This document shows positions 60,192 through 64,000 of a DNA stretch of 64,000 bases, piece after piece. The position numbers were made by a program, and so were the translations under genes. The stretch is from NCBI GenBank assembly GCA_965217895.1, contig CBDCJV010000002.1:4768001-4832000 (forward strand), given 5' to 3'. The DNA comes from Waterburya sp. Its GTDB lineage: Bacteria > Cyanobacteriota > Cyanobacteriia > Cyanobacteriales > Xenococcaceae. Each line of letters starts with the position of its first letter. The stretch's first letter is position 1. The notes beneath the pieces were generated by a model. It was not told the DNA's origin and did not search any database. It was given only the letters and a program-made list of their open reading frames with translations.

Positions 60192-60435
60192 GTTTCCTCG
60201 CAATACTCTCAAAGATACTAAAAAGCTTCGCTCTGCTAACTTAATTTTAAAAGTTAATCAACTAGTTGAGATTCTCAAACTAAATCCCTATCAACCCCCT
60301 TATGAGAAACTTTCAGGTAATCTCCAAGGCTATTATTCCCGACGCATTAATATTCAACATCGTTTAGTCTATTCTATAGATGAAGTAAACAAGGTTATCA
60401 AAGTGGTTTCTGTGTGGTCGCATTATGGAGAGTAA
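60175..60435 (+). CDS. yoeB: Txe/YoeB family toxin
   Basis: EKLSGNLQGYYSRRINIQHRLVY...HY; overlaps the antitoxin. Confidence 0.92.
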   Translation: MVWTIKFPRNTLKDTKKLRSANLILKVNQLVEILKLNPYQPPYEKLSGNLQGYYSRRINIQHRLVYSIDEVNKVIKVVSVWSHYGE

Positions 60436-60548
60436 TTCAATCGGGTAGATTTATTTCTTTGAAGATTTAGAAAAATGCGATCGCTTGAGATTTACTTTCT
60501 GCTTTTTCGATAAAATAATTCAGACATCAAGGATGAATTAGAGGCGAT

Positions 60549-61940
60549 ATGGTTAATAGACGAATTGCAGACATTCTTAAAAATGGTAAGCCAGATGAAT
60601 CTGTAACCATTCAAGGCTGGGTACGTACTAAAAGAGAATTAAAAGGGTTTTCTTTTGTAGAAGTTAATGATGGTTCATCTTTGGCAGGTTTACAGGCAGT
60701 TTTAGATCGGGACTTAGCAGATTATGAAAGTATCTTAAAACAGCTTGCTACTGGTGCATCGGTAGAAATTAAAGGCAGTTTGGTAGAGTCTCCAGGCAAA
60801 GGACAACAAATAGAGATGAAAGCCGACTCCGTAACCGTATATGGTACTGCCGATCCTCAAACTTATCCTTTACAAAAAAAACGCCACTCTTTTGAATTTT
60901 TACGCACAATTAGTCATTTGCGATCGCGCACTAATACTTTAGGTGCAGTTTTTCGAGTACGCAATGCCTGCGCCACGGCAATTCATCAGTTTTTTCAAGA
61001 GAAAGGCTTTTTGTGGATACATAGCCCCATTATTACCGCTAGTGACTGCGAGGGTGCAGGAGAATTATTTACCGTCACGAATTTAGATCTAAATAATCTA
61101 CCCAAAAACGACCAAGGCGAAGTAGACTATAGCCAAGACTTTTTTGGCAAACCTGCTTATTTAACAGTTAGCGGACAGCTACAGGCGGAAGCGATGGCAA
61201 TGGCGTTTCAGAATGTCTATACTTTTGGTCCTACTTTCCGCGCCGAAAATTCTAATACTTCCCGCCATTTATCGGAGTTTTGGATGGTTGAACCTGAAAT
61301 GGCTTTTTGCGATCTAGAAGGAGATCAAAACTTAGCCGAAGAATTTCTCAAGTATATTTTTAAGTATGTATTGAAGCATTGCCCTGACGATATAGAGTTT
61401 TTCAATAAGTGGGTTGATAAATCCATTTTGGCTAATGCAAACAATATTATTAGCAATGAGTTTGAGCGAGTAACTTATACCGAAGCTGTGACTCTTCTAG
61501 AAAAAGCGAAAAAGAAATTTGAGTTTCGGGTAGAGTGGGGAATAGATTTACAGTCAGAACACGAACGCTATTTAGCCGAAGATCTGTTCAAAAAACCCGT
61601 AATTGTTACCAATTATCCCAAAGATATTAAAGCCTTTTATATGCGTTTAGATGAGGAAGAAAAAACCGTCTCGGCAATGGATGTATTAGCCCCAGGAATC
61701 GGCGAAATCATTGGTGGTTCACAACGAGAAGAAAGGCTAGATGTTTTAGAAAGACGCATCCAAGAAATGAACATTGAGGCAGACGATATTTGGTGGTATT
61801 TAGACTTGCGCCGTTATGGCACTGTACCCCATGCTGGATTTGGTTTAGGTTTTGAAAGACTGGTGCAGTTCATGACAGGAATGACCAATATTCGAGACGT
61901 TATTCCTTTCCCTAGAACTCCTTTAAGCGCAGACTTTTAA
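60549..61940 (+). CDS. asnS: Asparagine--tRNA ligase
   Basis: [26 protein letters not shown]. Confidence 0.97.
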   Translation: MVNRRIADILKNGKPDESVTIQGWVRTKRELKGFSFVEVNDGSSLAGLQAVLDRDLADYESILKQLATGASVEIKGSLVESPGKGQQIEMKADSVTVYGTADPQTYPLQKKRHSFEFLRTISHLRSRTNTLGAVFRVRNACATAIHQFFQEKGFLWIHSPIITASDCEGAGELFTVTNLDLNNLPKNDQGEVDYSQDFFGKPAYLTVSGQLQAEAMAMAFQNVYTFGPTFRAENSNTSRHLSEFWMVEPEMAFCDLEGDQNLAEEFLKYIFKYVLKHCPDDIEFFNKWVDKSILANANNIISNEFERVTYTEAVTLLEKAKKKFEFRVEWGIDLQSEHERYLAEDLFKKPVIVTNYPKDIKAFYMRLDEEEKTVSAMDVLAPGIGEIIGGSQREERLDVLERRIQEMNIEADDIWWYLDLRRYGTVPHAGFGLGFERLVQFMTGMTNIRDVIPFPRTPLSADF

Positions 61941-61952
61941 TTCAGAAAAAGA

Positions 61953-61997
61953 CAGCAATAGGCTTAGTTGAGATTTTTCTAATTAAGCCTATTGCTG
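61953..61997. terminator. Bidirectional terminator-like hairpin
   Basis: cagcaataggctta/taagcctattgctg stem between convergent genes. Confidence 0.7.
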
Positions 61998-62016
61998 ATA
62001 GAAAAAAATAGTTAAT

Positions 62017-62235
62017 TTAGCCAGTAAAACCTTTAAAAACATAGCCAAAAAACATACCAGTTAGTAATGCCCAGACTTGCCCTGAGTCAATGAAGTCAAA
62101 CCAAGCATCTTGAATCTGACCTAAGATATCTGGATCTTCAATGTGTTGGGCTAAAAGACTCGATACGGGTAATAAATAGTTATGATGAATCTCAATAATT
62201 GTTGGCACGAGTTGCTCGTTAAATAAAATTTCCAT
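62017..62235 (-). CDS. Small hypothetical membrane protein
   Basis: DFIDSGQVWALLTG motif, C-terminal TM. Confidence 0.7.
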   Translation of the reverse strand: MEILFNEQLVPTIIEIHHNYLLPVSSLLAQHIEDPDILGQIQDAWFDFIDSGQVWALLTGMFFGYVFKGFTG

Positions 62236-62496
62236 TGGATTAACAACTTATATATCGGATAAAACTGAATCCAATTTAGTCTCAGATAATTCAAACCGCC
62301 ACTAAAAAGAATTATTAAAGCTAGATTATTAAATGTTGGGATAGCCACAACTGGGACAGGATAAAGTTAACTCTGACATCATTTAACTTTCTACATAAAT
62401 TACACTTCTATTTTCCTTTATGGCACTACCAATAAAGGATGTCTTGTCACAATTAGACTGAACCTGTAACTAGAATAAAAGTCTGTTCCGTTTTCG

Positions 62497-62757
62497 CTAT
62501 GGAAAAATACCTAGCAATTTGACTGCTCCACCAAGAACCAGTAGAATCATGCCGATAAAAACGCCCCGATTGGCAAATTCTATATTGCCAACTCGCTTAT
62601 CCATTTGCTCAAATTTACTATCTAAGGTTTCTATTTTACCTTCTAGTTTGACTTGACCTAGCTTAAGCTCGTTTATCCCCTCGCTTAGATTATCTAACTT
62701 ATTGTTTATTTGATTCAATACTATTGCTAAATCTGTTTCGACTATTGGATTTGCCAT
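62497..62757 (-). CDS. Short coiled-coil protein with C-terminal TM helix
   Basis: Heptad pattern, hydrophobic tail, GGAG Shine-Dalgarno. Confidence 0.75.
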   Translation of the reverse strand: MANPIVETDLAIVLNQINNKLDNLSEGINELKLGQVKLEGKIETLDSKFEQMDKRVGNIEFANRGVFIGMILLVLGGAVKLLGIFP

Positions 62758-62897
62758 ATAATATCAATTGTCTCCTAACTGTCTAAATCAATAGGGGACA
62801 CCCTATCTTTTATGATACTACTAAAAAGCGATCGCTGTCACAAATTCACGACTATCAAAGAGTTAAAATAGGGATATAAATTGAAGTTTTGAAAATC

Positions 62898-63523
62898 ATG
62901 AAAATCGAAGTTTTAAGTGGCAGTATTACTAAAGGGAAATGGAGTTATATTAAAGCAAACAAAACTCTTTTTAGAGGCAAACTAAATTCTATCAAACTAT
63001 TAAATTAAAAGGTAATATTAAATCTGTTACTGTGTTGGACAAAGACAACATTAAATCTTTTATTGGTAAAGCTGGATGGGGTTTTGTTGGTACTTATGCA
63101 GGATATATAATCAATCCCGTAGGAGCGATCGCTGGTCTTAGGGCTGGCTTACTGTCAGGTGGTAATAAATCACAATTGACTATTGCTGTTGAACTGTCCG
63201 ATGATAGTAAGTTTTTGGCTGTTGTAGATACTAAGTTGTATCGAGAATTAGAAGGCTTAACCTGCGCCGAAAAGCAATCATCTTTGGTTGAACAAAATAA
63301 CTTATTTAGCTCATTTAATTCTCAAGAATATCAGGCTCAGGTCGTCGCCAGAAATAAGGCACAGATAGAATGGTTTAATGCGCGATTACCTTTGGAGCAA
63401 AAAATTATCATCGGTGGAGTTGTTGCATTCATTTTGATGACTTTTGGTTGGCTGATTCAAGAGAACCAAAAGATCCAGCAGGAAAGATATTCTATTAATG
63501 TATCTGAACAAATACAGGTTTAA
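62898..63523 (+). pseudogene. Frameshifted hypothetical membrane protein
   Basis: ATG 62898 frame (MKIEVLSGS...) stops at ~63008; the reading continues in the frame of ORF 63032-63523. Confidence 0.55.
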
Positions 63524-63626
63524 AGGCGCGATCGCGCCCCAACTCTAAATTAATTTGTTTATTTGCCTTGCCGATCGCGATCGCAGTCTATTTACAAACT
63601 AGACAAATTCAATAACAATGCTTGAA

Positions 63627-64000
63627 TTATTCAATCGCTTGAATTTGCATCACAATCGAGGTCATGTCGTCTCCACCTTTGCTATTTACGCCACTAAATC
63701 GCTTAACCTGGTCAAAAATGTGATCTAAGATTTCATCTGGGTTTTCTAGGTGCTGACAAGCCCATTTAAAGCAAAGACAGAGGTTTTCTTCATCAAAGCG
63801 ATCTCCATCTTCGTTAGCAGCATCAGTAAAGCCATCTGTGTAATAAATAATTGTATCCCCAGGAGCAAGCTGCACCGTTGCATCTTCATACTCTGACTCC
63901 ATATCTAGACCGATCAGCATTCCCCAACTGTCTAATTTTTCTATGGTATTTGTTGCCTTGCGCCACATCAAAGGAGGATTATGAGCCGCATTAGTAAAGG
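63627..64000 (-). CDS. PP2C/SpoIIE serine phosphatase (5' end outside window)
   Basis: NAAHNPP, YTDGFTDA, DDMT. Confidence 0.9.
   Translation of the reverse strand, partial: FTNAAHNPPLMWRKATNTIEKLDSWGMLIGLDMESEYEDATVQLAPGDTIIYYTDGFTDAANEDGDRFDEENLCLCFKWACQHLENPDEILDHIFDQVKRFSGVNSKGGDDMTSIVMQIQAIE

Larger units (their letters stand above)
1..64000. repeat. HIP1 octamer (GCGATCGC) dispersed throughout
   Basis: Many copies in coding and intergenic DNA; none seen in the IS/bla segment. Confidence 0.95.

Overview
Chromosomal window from a cyanobacterium: dense HIP1 GCGATCGC octamers plus apcF, ndhO, flv1, pam68 and ftn2; the repeat style suggests Pleurocapsales, which is an inference. Most genes are housekeeping (mazG, def, infC, comEC, groESL, ribE, ychF, cbiT, rpsO, minCDE, aroB, asnS). 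There is also an NtcA-boxed apcF/glnN/amt1 nitrogen locus, a class A beta-lactamase beside a frameshifted IS5/IS903-group element with intact ends and a 9-bp target duplication, an RcaE/RcaF/RcaC-like phosphorelay whose GAF lacks the bilin cysteines, and a YefM/YoeB pair. The most unusual signal is non-coding: several families of tiny (21, 39, 46, 56 nt) GC-rich elements. In the 21-, 46- and 56-nt families the stem sequences differ between copies but stay base-paired. The elements nest inside each other, inside tandem repeats, inside a MITE and in-frame in a kinase gene, which points to a structure-encoded mobile element system with no mobilising enzyme visible in the window. Also noted: a probable ACG start for infC and a poly-A frameshift in a response regulator. 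No tRNA, rRNA or CRISPR array was seen.
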